The position numbers and the translations under genes are program-made. Positions 37,220-48,486 of a stretch of 64,000 bases of DNA are shown here, one piece after another. Origin of the DNA: Dicyema japonicum (taxonomy: Eukaryota > Animalia > Dicyemida). The notes under the pieces are model-generated. The model did not search any database. It saw nothing but the letters and a program-made list of their open reading frames with translations, and was not told the DNA's origin. Location of the stretch: assembly GCA_011109175.1 (NCBI GenBank), contig RDEW01000006.1:657232-721231 (forward strand), read 5' to 3'. Numbering within the stretch: the stretch's first letter is position 1; the number at the start of each line of letters is the position of its first letter.

Positions 37220-37530
37220 GAAGCGTGTGGTGCTGCGTGGTTAATTGGTTAAAGTTTTCTGCTTGCTTGTCTGTTCTCTCTCTTTCTTCCTATTAGAGAG
37301 GCGTCATGTGATCCACCTGTCTAGGTGACGCCCAGTGCCAGGCCGGCACGAAAAAGGATCATTTGCTCTTCCCCACTCCACTGGAGTGGTTTCCACAACT
37401 GCATGTAATGGACGTCTTACCTTTTATGCTGATTCAGGATAGACTCTGTAGAAGTGGAAACTAAATAAACTTGATTAGTTGTTTACTTTAGCTTCTTTCT
37501 CGGTGTATCCGGGGTTAATAAATTAAATTA
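37220..37530 (+). mobile_element. Short non-autonomous LINE derivative (structured leader + 3' tail)
   Basis: Colinear with 51620-51940 and 45290-45570. Pseudoknot at 37300-37361. Tail TAATTAGTTGTTTAC...GTGTATCCGGGGTTAAT. Confidence 0.8.
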
Positions 37531-37559
37531 AAAAGACCCCCCACTGACCCGAAATTATT

Positions 37560-37720
37560 AGATAATATAATTTATTTACCTCCGGTCTCTTCGAGTGAAA
37601 GAAATTAGTGGCTAACAAAAACGTCACAGCCAAGAGTGAACGCGCCCAGAGATCCGACAGGAATACTTGGTTCTGTGCAAAACTCGGAGGTGGATCCGAA
37701 CGAGAGAAGGTCTTCTGTTC
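37560..37720 (-). mobile_element. Ingi/Vingi-like 3' end
   Basis: PPPS...SDLWARSLLAVTFLL, ending CACTCGAAGAGACCGGAGGTAAATAAATT. Homologous to 44500-44620 and 47345-47470. Confidence 0.7.
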
Positions 37721-38339
37721 TTCAAGAAAGCATGATGGGGAAAGATTATTCTTTTCGCTTCCGCGGTTGAATAACAACAGTAAATCATCGATTAAGGGAG
37801 TTTCTGCAATAAAATACCGACAAGGAACATTGTTCTGTATCCTTCGGTCCAGAGCTTCACTTCATCAAAAAATGGTTCAGTCAAAGGTCAATTGAAGAGA
37901 TACTTTGTTAACCACAAAATTTGTCTTGTATTAACAGTAAAATAATAAACATTTATTTCTTCAATTCATGCAAACTGCTTTCGTAGTGCGTCAAGTACTT
38001 CTTATGGAATTTGAGAACCTTCTTAAGGCAGGAGAATTATTGCTCCACCCCTTTTTCTAAATCATACATTTTTGAGACAAGTTTCCAAAAATTAGGATTA
38101 TTTAGATAGAGTTTGAATATTCCCTTCCAATTCTCTTCTATTCCATTACGATGGTCAGAATCCGTAAACTCATCTATCCTAAAAATTAGTTTCATATTTT
38201 TTCAAAGCGAAAAAGTCAAAAAATATAAATTTTGGCTTTATTGACCTAAAAAATATTTTTTTCCCAAATTTTTGACAACGTCAAATACTTTCATGAACAA
38301 ATTTTGCTCGCCCTCCAGAGAGGGAATAGTCAGGAATAA

Positions 38340-38540
38340 TCATTCATCAATCCAAATTATTTTTCGATGATATTCGATTGATTCCCTATCCAGACCATTT
38401 ACTACGATATCCTTTCCAACATCTCCACATATTTTTGTTTCCATACCCAACAAGCTTTTTTGTATTCCCACTGCCAAGTGCCTTAAATTGCATAATTCTT
38501 GACCAAAAAACAAAGTGGAAAGCGACTCATCGATTGATCC
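38340..38540 (-). mobile_element. Possible RTE RT C-terminal fragment
   Basis: KKLVGYGNKNMWRCWKGYR resembles the RTE KLEAMEMKMWRW segment. Confidence 0.35.
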
Positions 38541-38617
38541 CAATATCTCTTATCACTGAAAAATAAACAGCAAAATATCTAAACATTGTTATTTAAAGGG
38601 AATATTAATATGTTAGC

Positions 38618-39516
38618 TTAATGAAATAAACAAATTCTTGTCTTTCCGAGGAACATAAACTGTATGACCTTGTTGTAGCAGAATGTGACCATTAAAGTCG
38701 TAAAAAAGTAAAACCCGTAGAAAAATGACTGCAAAATGTCTTTGATTTCATTAATTTTGACTACTTGAGACTGTAGATTGAATTCCCTTTGGAAGTGGCG
38801 AAGGAAGGTAAACAGTTGGTAGGGAATTAACATCATGGTAAGCCACAATATGGCAAGAATAACTTTATCTGATTTGTAAGTCATCACCTTCTGTACTTGT
38901 TTGTCATCAAGCTCGATGTATAATTCAGCCTTTTTGGCTCTGAGAATGTCTATAACACTGGCAATGACTGCGATGAGGAGTATGACAAAGAATATCAACG
39001 GAAATTTGATTATTGGAATGCCATAATCGACATATCTCTGGTTGTTTACCTGGTTTCCCTCGAAATTGAACAAAATAATACCTTTCCAGGCAAATTCCAT
39101 AAAAGCGGTAAAGAAAGAAGAAGCGATGATACAAAAATGCCTAAAATAAGTAGAAGCGCTTTGAGGGTTTCCAAAGAGTGTAATCTGAGCTGAATGTGTA
39201 CTGGATCCAATAAACAGCCAGGAAAATTAACGTAAACATTGAAGCGAACCAAAACAAGACTGATAATCCGTAGAAATAGCGGAAGGCATATTCACCGAAC
39301 ATTTCTGAAGTAACTACAATCTTTACCTGCAAATTCCTGTTCATTGGCTATGAAATCGAAAATTAGGAAAAACGAAAAGAACCAAAACAGACCCGAAAAA
39401 AAGACATCGAATGAATTTCTATAAAAATGCAGCAAAGTGATTGCCAGAGAAAACGAAATCATCAGAGTTACAAGAACCATCACAACATTAAAGTAAAAGG
39501 CGTACAAAACCTCCAT
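38618..39516 (-). CDS. Divergent seven-transmembrane (class A GPCR-like) receptor
   Basis: Seven hydrophobic segments after removing two 22-23 nt introns and one T-run shift. TM3 ASMFTLIFLAV, TM6 ILWLTMMLIPY, TM7 ...TFCY. Confidence 0.65.
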
Positions 39517-40921
39517 CGAAACTTAGCTCTGGAAATAGAAAATTACGGTAAGCAAATTTAAAAGTCTAAAATTCACTGCGGTAAACCACAATAAATAGCA
39601 CCACAACAGTTGATTTTATTAATAAGTCATTTTAATATTTTATTTATTTGTGTATCTTTTAACTCCAATTTTACCGCTTTCTGTCAAAATCATTGTCTTA
39701 TTTTAAAATGATTTCAGGCAGGAGGCCTAGAATGACACGATGACTCAAAAAAAATACGAAAATATCTGATTTATTGGATAATATCGTATTTTAATAGCTT
39801 TATTTTAATTCCACAACATTTACGACCGCTGAGTTAAAGTTAGATTTTGATTGATTAATCAATAACCTCATAACACTGTGAAAGGAGTTAAGAACTAATA
39901 AATGTATCCAGTCTCCACGATCACAAAAGACCTCCCTATGCCACACAAGTTCATCCAGAACCAGCGGAAAAGGAAGAAAACGTCCAGTCCTGAAGCTGTG
40001 GGAACCTCAAGTTAGTTAGTTAAGTATAGGTATTTTTCACATATTTTTTGTATTAAAAATTTTTGTTGTTGGTTGAGTGGTTGACACCTAATAATGTCTA
40101 TGTCTTTATCGTACTCCCAATCTGTCTATTTTACCCCCTTTACAATTGCAATTTTAACATCAGATGACTCTCTTTAGACACTAAACAGGAGACCTTATGC
40201 ATGAATTTCAATGAACTGTGGAGACGTGGGAGGAGGAAAGTTACACGGAGATAACTGATAGAACGGATAATGAAAAGCTCGACACAAGCGGAACCCTAAG
40301 TATTAATGGGTAACGTGGGAGTGTATTTAACTAACTCACCCATTTTTATATAGAAAACAACATGTCGCCATTTGGTACCATATGTCTATTTAATTAAAGA
40401 TTTCTCTTATGTCGTCGGATCCACCATATTCAGGAGACACCTATTTATCTGCCTGCATTCAAAAGGATCTATCTTTTCATTCCACTGGGAGACTATTCCA
40501 CTCCCTGGCGACGAGTTCTGGCTTCGACTTCTACTTCCCAGACATTTTCCTCTGGGTCACTGTGCTTGGATGAGGGCTCTACTTAAACCCATCAGGTTTG
40601 GTTTTACCCCTGGTCTTTGGAATAATTTCTATTAATTTAGACGAGAATGTTTTATAATTTTTTGTCCACTGTTTGAGTCTTTTCGGACATGTATTTTTTA
40701 AATACGCAGTTAAAATTTAAAAACTAACAGTTAACAACTATAATTGAGAACGCATTCACCCTAACGATTTGGAAAAAAATTTTCGGAAAAAAGACTAATT
40801 CGAGACATGTATTGAGATTGGAAATGAATGTTCTTAACTTTTTTGTTACGTGTGAGTCCTCATAGACAATCCGGTTCAGTAGTGATGAATCACTGACTGC
40901 CTTACTCGTCAAACCCAAATC

Positions 40922-41321
40922 AACTCTAGTGAAAGATGATCGTCGTCTATACAGGAAAGCCGTAGGTACTCTGAAAGAACATAAAAAACCTCTCGATCCT
41001 GTTGAGGCGTACCGGAATCACTTAATTAGTTGGTTTACTCCTTTTTTCTTGGTGTATCCTTTTCGGGGTTATTAAATAAATAAAATATGATTTTTTGACT
41101 TAATTGACTAAATTAAGTCATTAACCTTAAAAATAAAAAAAATAAAAAAAAAATTGACTAAAAATCGAACTAGTGTCAGTAGAAACATCAGGAATTATAG
41201 GAAGCTGGAATTAAGTAAAGTTAAAGATGATGAATATGGGACAGTTGAAATAACATGTGTCCCGCAGTTTGAACTCTTCACTGATGTACCTCGTCAATCA
41301 GCCCTTTATATAGAGAGCTGC
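40922..41321 (+). repeat. Dispersed duplication, copy 1 (LINE 3' end + downstream flank)
   Basis: Near-identical to 46671-47021. Carries an extra insert of about 50 nt, A-rich, between duplicated TTGACTAAA. Confidence 0.9.
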
Positions 41322-42038
41322 ACATCAGCAAGACTTGAACTATGGGCCTTTGCCCGGCACTTATAACACTGCGGCATAAATTATGCTAATATATGTATTG
41401 ATATTGAAATCGACATTTCTATAGAATTTGTCTCTTTTCAGAAAATTAAAAAACGGAGGACTTGATCAGGCGACATTCCTCTCCAATTCGTCACTTTTCC
41501 AAAAGTCCCAAAAACTAATAAATATTATAGGAATAATTTCTGAGTTGAAAAATAGTCTTCGACTGGATGGGTCTATTATTTATATTTTATTTATTTATCC
41601 ACCCACGGTCCCTTGATCACGTCCAAGAGCGGACGATCTCAGAGATCAGTCAGGTGTATTATTATCTATAAGTGCCTTTGCCTTTTAACATCATCATAGC
41701 TGTCAATTTAACAGAGACTTGACATTTTTCTGCGGTTTAAACACGTTTTTTAATTGATTGCGGTTTTAGATGAATCCAGTTAAAACTATTTCTTATACAA
41801 TTTTATATTTTTTATATTAAATATATGTTAATCTCTATTTCTAATTCTATCCTGAGGAATAACTTTTAAACCGATAAATTAAAATTTCATTTTTTCAAGC
41901 CAAAATGTGGAAATTTGCTTAGAATTGAATAATTAAATAAATTAATTAATTTTATTTATTAATTGTAATTTATGTATTAAATAAATAATAATAAATAAAT
42001 AAGAATTTTTCAACGTCTTTTTTTTCTGGTCGCATCTG

Positions 42039-43431
42039 ATGCGTTTTAATTCTTTATTGTGGAGATCTGCATTGCCTCTTTTTCTTATGATATCTTCTCC
42101 GTTATTCGCTCTACTGTTATGGTATAACTTTTCTATGAAGAAATAGCTTTATAAATTTAGAATCCGATGGAACATTCTCGAATCTTAACGAGAATTCTTT
42201 ATGGGGACTTTTATTTAAAATTTTGCATAAACGTCCAGTCACTTTGTTCTCGGTCGCAATCATAATTGGATATTCTGTACTGAGTCTTACTTTGATGCGG
42301 ACACTTCCCGGTTAATTTATTTCAACTCATTCAAAGGCAACCTACTTCCTGGTAGTCCCTCTGAAAGTGGGTTTACTCCGTTTTTCAAGGATAATGGATT
42401 TAAGCAATATATTTCAACAATGCTCATTTTATGCTGTTTGCAAATTTTTTTAAAAAATTATGGCTTATCGATTTCGATTATATATGACTCTCTTCAAGAG
42501 ATATGCTACTGTCTTAACTTTTTTGCTTTGATTTTCTGCTTTTTTCTTTTGTTCAAAGGAATTTATTATCCGACCAACGACGATTGCAAACCATCGGGGA
42601 ATCTGATTTTTGATTATTACTGGGGGACAGAGCTTTATCCGAAGGTCTGGAATGTTGACATTAAGGTAGGGCTAATTTGATGACATAGGTTTTTACAAAT
42701 TGCAGATTTGGGATGCTCGTGTGGGCAATTTTAGTTTGCGTATATAGCGTTAAGAGTTGGGAGTTGCATGGGTTTGTCGATTCAATGTTTGTCAATTCAT
42801 TCCTACAATTATGCTACATTACCAAATTCTTTTGGTGGGAGATTGGATACATGCGGACAATCGATATCGCCGTTGATAGAGCGGGTTTTTATATTTGTTG
42901 GGGATGTCTTGTGTATGTGCCGACGTTGTACACTATTGTTTGTATCAGTAGGCTTTTATTTTAGACGGGAATGTATCTTGTTAAACACCCAGTTCATCTC
43001 GGAACAGCTTGTTCGGTTTTAATCCTATTTTCTGGATTGATTTCTATTTATATAAATTATAGTATTGATTGGCAAAAGAAGATAGTAAGGGAAACACGTG
43101 GAAATTGCCTAATTTGGAGTCAAAAACCAAAAATGATAAGAGCGGCCTATATTACAACAGAAAATAAAAATGTCATTCTTTTTTGTTAGCAAGTGGATGG
43201 TGGGGCTTGAGTCGACATTTTAATTATTTTTCTGAGCTGTGTTCTGCACTTTGTTGGACATTGCCTTGTGGGTTCTCCAGTTTAGTTCCATACACCTATT
43301 TTATCTTCCTTTTCGTTCTTTTAATTCATCGTAGCATTCGTGACGAAAAGAAATGCAGTTTGAAATATGGAAACCATTGGAAGGAATATTGCACTGCCGT
43401 GCCTTATAAGATTTTCCCGTTTATTTACTAA
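42039..43431 (+). CDS. DHCR7: 7-dehydrocholesterol reductase (sterol delta7-reductase, DWF5-like type)
   Basis: YYWGTELYP, DIKVFTNCRFGM, TKFFWWEIGY, DIAVDRAGFYICWGCLV, LLASGWWGLSRHFNY, HRSIRDEKKCSLKYG..W..YC..VPYKI. Introns of 23-27 nt. Confidence 0.92.
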
Positions 43432-43999
43432 ATGATTTAATTGGCTAAATTTCATTTTTTGAATAAAATTACATTTTTTTGTTATAAAAAATTAATTTTT
43501 TAACACCAGTTTCGCTGACTTGTAGCAAACTGGCGATTTTCAAAAGCGCGCAGCTAAGACAGGACGCTTCTATTAGATTAGAAATTATTTTTTAGGAAAA
43601 AGGGACCGATCCCTCAAAACATGGAGATTATTTCAAGTGATAAACTGGTCATATCACCCAGGACTCTATGATATACAACAATAACTATTCTGTTAGTATT
43701 AGAGTTTAATGTGTCATCATGGAATTAAACACTGTTTCAATATTGGGCGATACATTTTATATTTTGGGCTATGAAATTCTAATTTTGGGCGATGAAATTT
43801 TATTTATTTATATAAATCCGTGAAACACCAGAAAAACGTCTCTACCATTTTTAAATGGGACAGTCACCAGGAGTAGTTGTCACAATATAAGGTAGCTGGT
43901 TAAGTGGAGCGAATATTACTATTTGTATCTTTGAAATTTATTTACATAACCTCAGGAACAGAGAAAGAAGGTAATAGTAACCAAACTAATTAGGTGACC

Positions 44000-44620
44000 C
44001 CGGTTCCTCTTATCACTCTCGTTATTTTCATACTGTGCTTATCAAGGGACCTCACCGTTACCGTTAAATATGAAAAGCGCGAAATAAATTTCATATTAAT
44101 AGAAACTGACCATTTCACGATGCTCAGTCTACAATTCCTTGACAAGTGTAAAACGACAGGACATCCAGCTCACTTCTTATTGGTCTCCTCAAAAAAAGGT
44201 TAATTATTCCTACCCTTAGTGATCTCGGATTCTACGAACTATCCCAGAGACTGAACTTCTCACTCACTACAGAAAACAATCTATGACTGGATATTTACTA
44301 AAGCCATCAGAAGCGCTGGTATCAACATTGTTGACGGAATCAAAGCTTCCCTACTACGGGAGTTCGTGTACATCTGCCACGCCACCACATGGATTTACAT
44401 TCATATCTATACAGGATTTGACAATCGTCCTTTCCATCATGACCATCATGTTTTTTGACGACCAAAATACAGGTCACCTCTTCTCTTGGCCGGGTCCACC
44501 TCCTAGTCCTTCACAGAACCAATATACCTGTCAGATCTCTGTGAGCATCCGCTCTTGGCTGTAACATTCTTGTTAGACACCGGTTTCTTTCACTCGAGAG
44601 ACCGGGAGTAAATAAATAAA
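44000..44620 (+). mobile_element. Ingi/Vingi-like LINE 3' fragment
   Basis: GHLFSWPGPP...DL(C/W)EHPLLAVTFLL and 3' end CACTCGAGAGACCGGGAGTAAATAAAT. Confidence 0.65.
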
Positions 44621-45289
44621 ATAAATAATGGAACTTTCCCTTATGATTCTCGGACTGGTTCCTGATAAATAATACTGGATAGACTGAGGACACGTGTATA
44701 AGAGAAACAAACCGATCAGAGGAATCCGGAATGAAAACTGAGAAACTAGATTAAATACTTAGAAAGAAGACAGAAAAACAGGAAAATATTGGGGACAATT
44801 CCTTTGACTAAGTTAGATTTAGTCAAGTAAGAAAATAACAGGTGTAACCTTCTGTACAATGCCTTTATAATCTCGATTCTAAAGTATAATGCCACATGGA
44901 GAATAGCAGGTTCTGAACTAGCCAAAAATGGACGTGTTCCATCGAAGACAACTAGGGACTTCATTGGAAAGAAGTGTCAAGAAAGACTTCAACCAATAGA
45001 TTGCATCTCTTTAAAGGTCAGAATACTGTCAGAGATAATCCTCAAAGACCGGTGGAAACTCTTTTGACATGTTATACGCTTAAACACTTCAGCTCTCGGT
45101 CAACTACGTGATTGAGAATTACTCTGCGCCATCAATTACTGGAAAATGTCGAGGAAAACAAAACAACCCTATCAGCTGTGCTAAACGATGACATGTCTTA
45201 CTAAACTAGTTAAAATGAGTTTTGTTCGTAATTATAAGCCAAGTGAATCATTTGGCTTTATCCAAAGTCTTAGTGATAACACAGTATGG

Positions 45290-45570
45290 TGTCACATGAC
45301 TACTTGATTAAAGATTATGTTTGTTTCGTCTGTTCCTCCTCTCTCCTTTCCACTAAGTGTCGTCATGGTGCCCAGTGCCAAAGTGGCACAAAAAAAGACC
45401 ATATGCTCCTCTCCACTTTACTGGAGGGGTTCCCACAACTGCAAGGAATGAACATCTTTTACCTTTTATGCTGGTTCTGGATGACCTTGTTGACGTTGAA
45501 GTACTCTGTTTTAGTGACAGTGGAAACTGAACATAATAAGTTGTTAATTAACTTCTTTTTGTGTATAATA
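45290..45570 (+). mobile_element. Short non-autonomous LINE derivative (leader partly deleted)
   Basis: Shares gtctgttcctcctctctc, cccagtgcc..ggcac, actggagggg, ttttatgctg and agtggaaactg with 51620-51940. Retains GACGTTGAAGTA (DVEV). Confidence 0.7.
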
Positions 45571-46670
45571 ATACTGCACTTTGCGAAGAACAATATTAGC
45601 TATAACTCCTTCCAGGTAGGAGATACATTTATTTTAAGTAAAGAACAGTTATCATAACTAATCGTAGAGGGAGAACCAAAGAATGTTCTTACTTTTTTTG
45701 TTGGGTGTGAGTCCTTTATAGACGATCCGGTTCTTCAGTGAGATGCGTGGAACCTTCTGTCGGAATGTACAGAGGCGAGATTCAAACTAGGAAGGCATCA
45801 GGCCTTTATTTTCCATGTATCCTAACAATTATGGCGATGTTTTGACTTTATAAATCCGAAATTTTGACATAAAATTGACTTTATTAACATTTTGACTTTA
45901 TGAAAAATTTATCTAGAAAATTTTCTACACTTTTGTATTGAAGGAAGTAAAACGATAACAAGTTTTGAAACTTTAATGTTCAACTTATGCAAATAAAATC
46001 ATATTCGAGTAAGCATTAGTGACCCCATTAGTCCTAGAGTAGGTAGATGAATGAGAAAATTTTAGTGACACCTGTAAAAAGTAATAAAAGTGATTTCCTG
46101 TTAGTTTGAAATGTTTATCAGACGAAAGATTCAATAAAAAATTGGAGTTCAAAAATTCGTGAATTGATAGAAAATTCAGCAGGATATTTTCTAATAACGG
46201 TCTTAAACCTTTTTAATCACCTTCCTGATTGAAAGTGGCATAACAGTTGATGACACGTTAATATTTTGTTCAAAAACTCTAAAAAATAAAAATCAATAAA
46301 ATTTTTGACTTTATTGACCTAAAAATTAAAATTTGACTTTTTTACTTTATAACTTTTGATTTATATTATATTTTCGATTAAAAATCACATTTTTATAAGT
46401 TTTAAACAATTTTAAAGAACATGTGCTTGTGCCTCTTGGGCCTATGGAGCTTCAATATCCAATTCATACAAGATCAACTATCTAACAGGCAAACTTGCAC
46501 GTCTAACAAATCTACCCCCGACCTTTTCCCCCAATGCTTCACCACGTCGCAATCAAAAATAACGGCTCCGGCTTCATCGGTCTGTGTGGTCAAGAAACAA
46601 GTCGTTTCTTCCATTCAAGGCTAGAAGCCTCAAATACACGTAATTTGGGGAAAAAACCGACCTTTCTTCA

Positions 46671-47021
46671 AACTCTAGTGAAAGATGATCGTCGTCTATA
46701 CAGGAAAGCCGTAGGTACTCTGAAAGAACATAAGAAAAACCTCTCGATCCTGTTGAGGCGTACCGGAATCACTTAATTAGTTGGTTTACTCCTTTTTTCT
46801 TGGTGTATCCTTTTCGGGGTTATTGAATAAAGAACATATGATTTTTTGACTTAATTGACTAAAAATCGAACCAGTGTCAGTAGAAACGTCAGGAATTATA
46901 GGAAGCTGGAATTAAGTAAAGTTAAAGATGATGAATATGGGACAGTTGAAATAACATGTGTCCCGCAGTTTGGACTCTTCACTGATGTACCTCGTCAATC
47001 AGCCCTTATATAGAGAGCTGC
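46671..47021 (+). repeat. Dispersed duplication, copy 2
   Basis: Near-identical to 40922-41321. Confidence 0.9.
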
Positions 47022-47344
47022 TATTTTCTTTTCCTCAGTCACCATCACTGGTCTCAGGAATTTTTATTGATCTGTAACTTCACATCGGACATTATCCAAA
47101 ATCCAGGACAATGTCACCGGCATGATTATTAAACATCAATGGGGATAGCAGTGATCTTTTGGGGATATTTTTGGGACACTATTTGGTAGAGACCGCGTAG
47201 CTGATTTTACATTTCAAAAGTAAACACGTCCCCTTTTTTTGACAGGACTAATGTTTCCAGAAAAAGAATAATATATGAAGCTGGCTCATTTTACTGTTTC
47301 GTGGGTTTCAGAATGGGCGGATGTGTTCAAGTCTCCACATTGTT

Positions 47345-47600
47345 GGGATAATTTATTTACCCCCGGTCCTCTCGAGTGAAGAAACCAATGACTAACGAAA
47401 AAACGTTACGGTCAAGAGCGGCTCCAAGAGATCCGATAGGTATCTTTCGTTCTCTTTAGAACTAAGAGGTAGAGCCGGTCAAGATAAAGTTGAGATAAAG
47501 TTTGCTTTATTAGAAAAGTCGCAGATTTTTGTTCAAAGAGATTTTGTAGAATTTCCAAGAGAATCCTATCAGACACGTGAGAGCCAGTTATTTTCATTTT
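47345..47600 (-). mobile_element. Ingi/Vingi-like 3' end
   Basis: The reverse strand ends CACTCGAGAGGACCGGGGTAAATAAATTATC, same family as 44600 and 37570. Confidence 0.65.
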
Positions 47601-48486
47601 TATTTACCTCGCATCATTTTTATTGGACTACGGTTCTTTTTCTAAAAAGCGATAATATGCGACAACGTCATCATTACCACGTTTATTATTGACTGGAAAT
47701 GTGTTCCTCAATCTTTGTTGACTGCTGTGTTTTTTAATACTGATTTGCAATTTTTGAGGAAATCCGGGGACACTGAATAAGAAAAACAAAGAAAAATTAA
47801 ATTATTCGGTGATCCCAGTCCGCGCGATCAGTTGTGCCATCCTGAGGCTATAGTCCATCATCAATGGGATATATAATTAATAAAGAATTATCTCCAATTT
47901 AAGTTAATATCTCCCATCAAAAATTTCATATCCGGATCCCACGTGCATTTGACACTTTCTTTATTCAGAACTTCGGGTTCACTTTGTCTCCTGATTCGGT
48001 CACTTCTTCCAAAGTCACCAAAAAGAGAAAGACAGACTTTCATCGCTCACTAAACTAACTAGACATTTCTTCTAATAGATGTACGTCGACACCTCAACCT
48101 GCCAATTAACCTCTAAATAATATGTTCCTAAACTTATATTACAGTAGAAGATGTCATAACCTTACGTCAGGAAGTAAATATAATTTCATCGAATCTGTCA
48201 GAAAGGATGGAAATGTATATCTACTCTAGAGCTTTGGAAATGCTCTAAAACTGTGTGTTAATCACAATGTTTGCTAAAAATCAGTAGATTTATAATTTAT
48301 TATAATTTTTAGAAATATTTTAAAAATTTAGAACCTGATCGCAAAAAAAGACCTTTTAATTATACAAACTAATCAAATTTAATTTTAAGCAGTGGTTAAC
48401 CTAATTAATATTGGAGCCAATTTTTGGTTATATCATTATTTATTGTTGCCCATAATTTTTGATTAAACTCAACAACTAGACAAAAC

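Noticed and set aside
39292-39516. LMBR1-domain protein call for the first exon
   Set aside because: The full spliced product is about 290 aa with 7TM/GPCR-like spacing, not the LMBR1 architecture.
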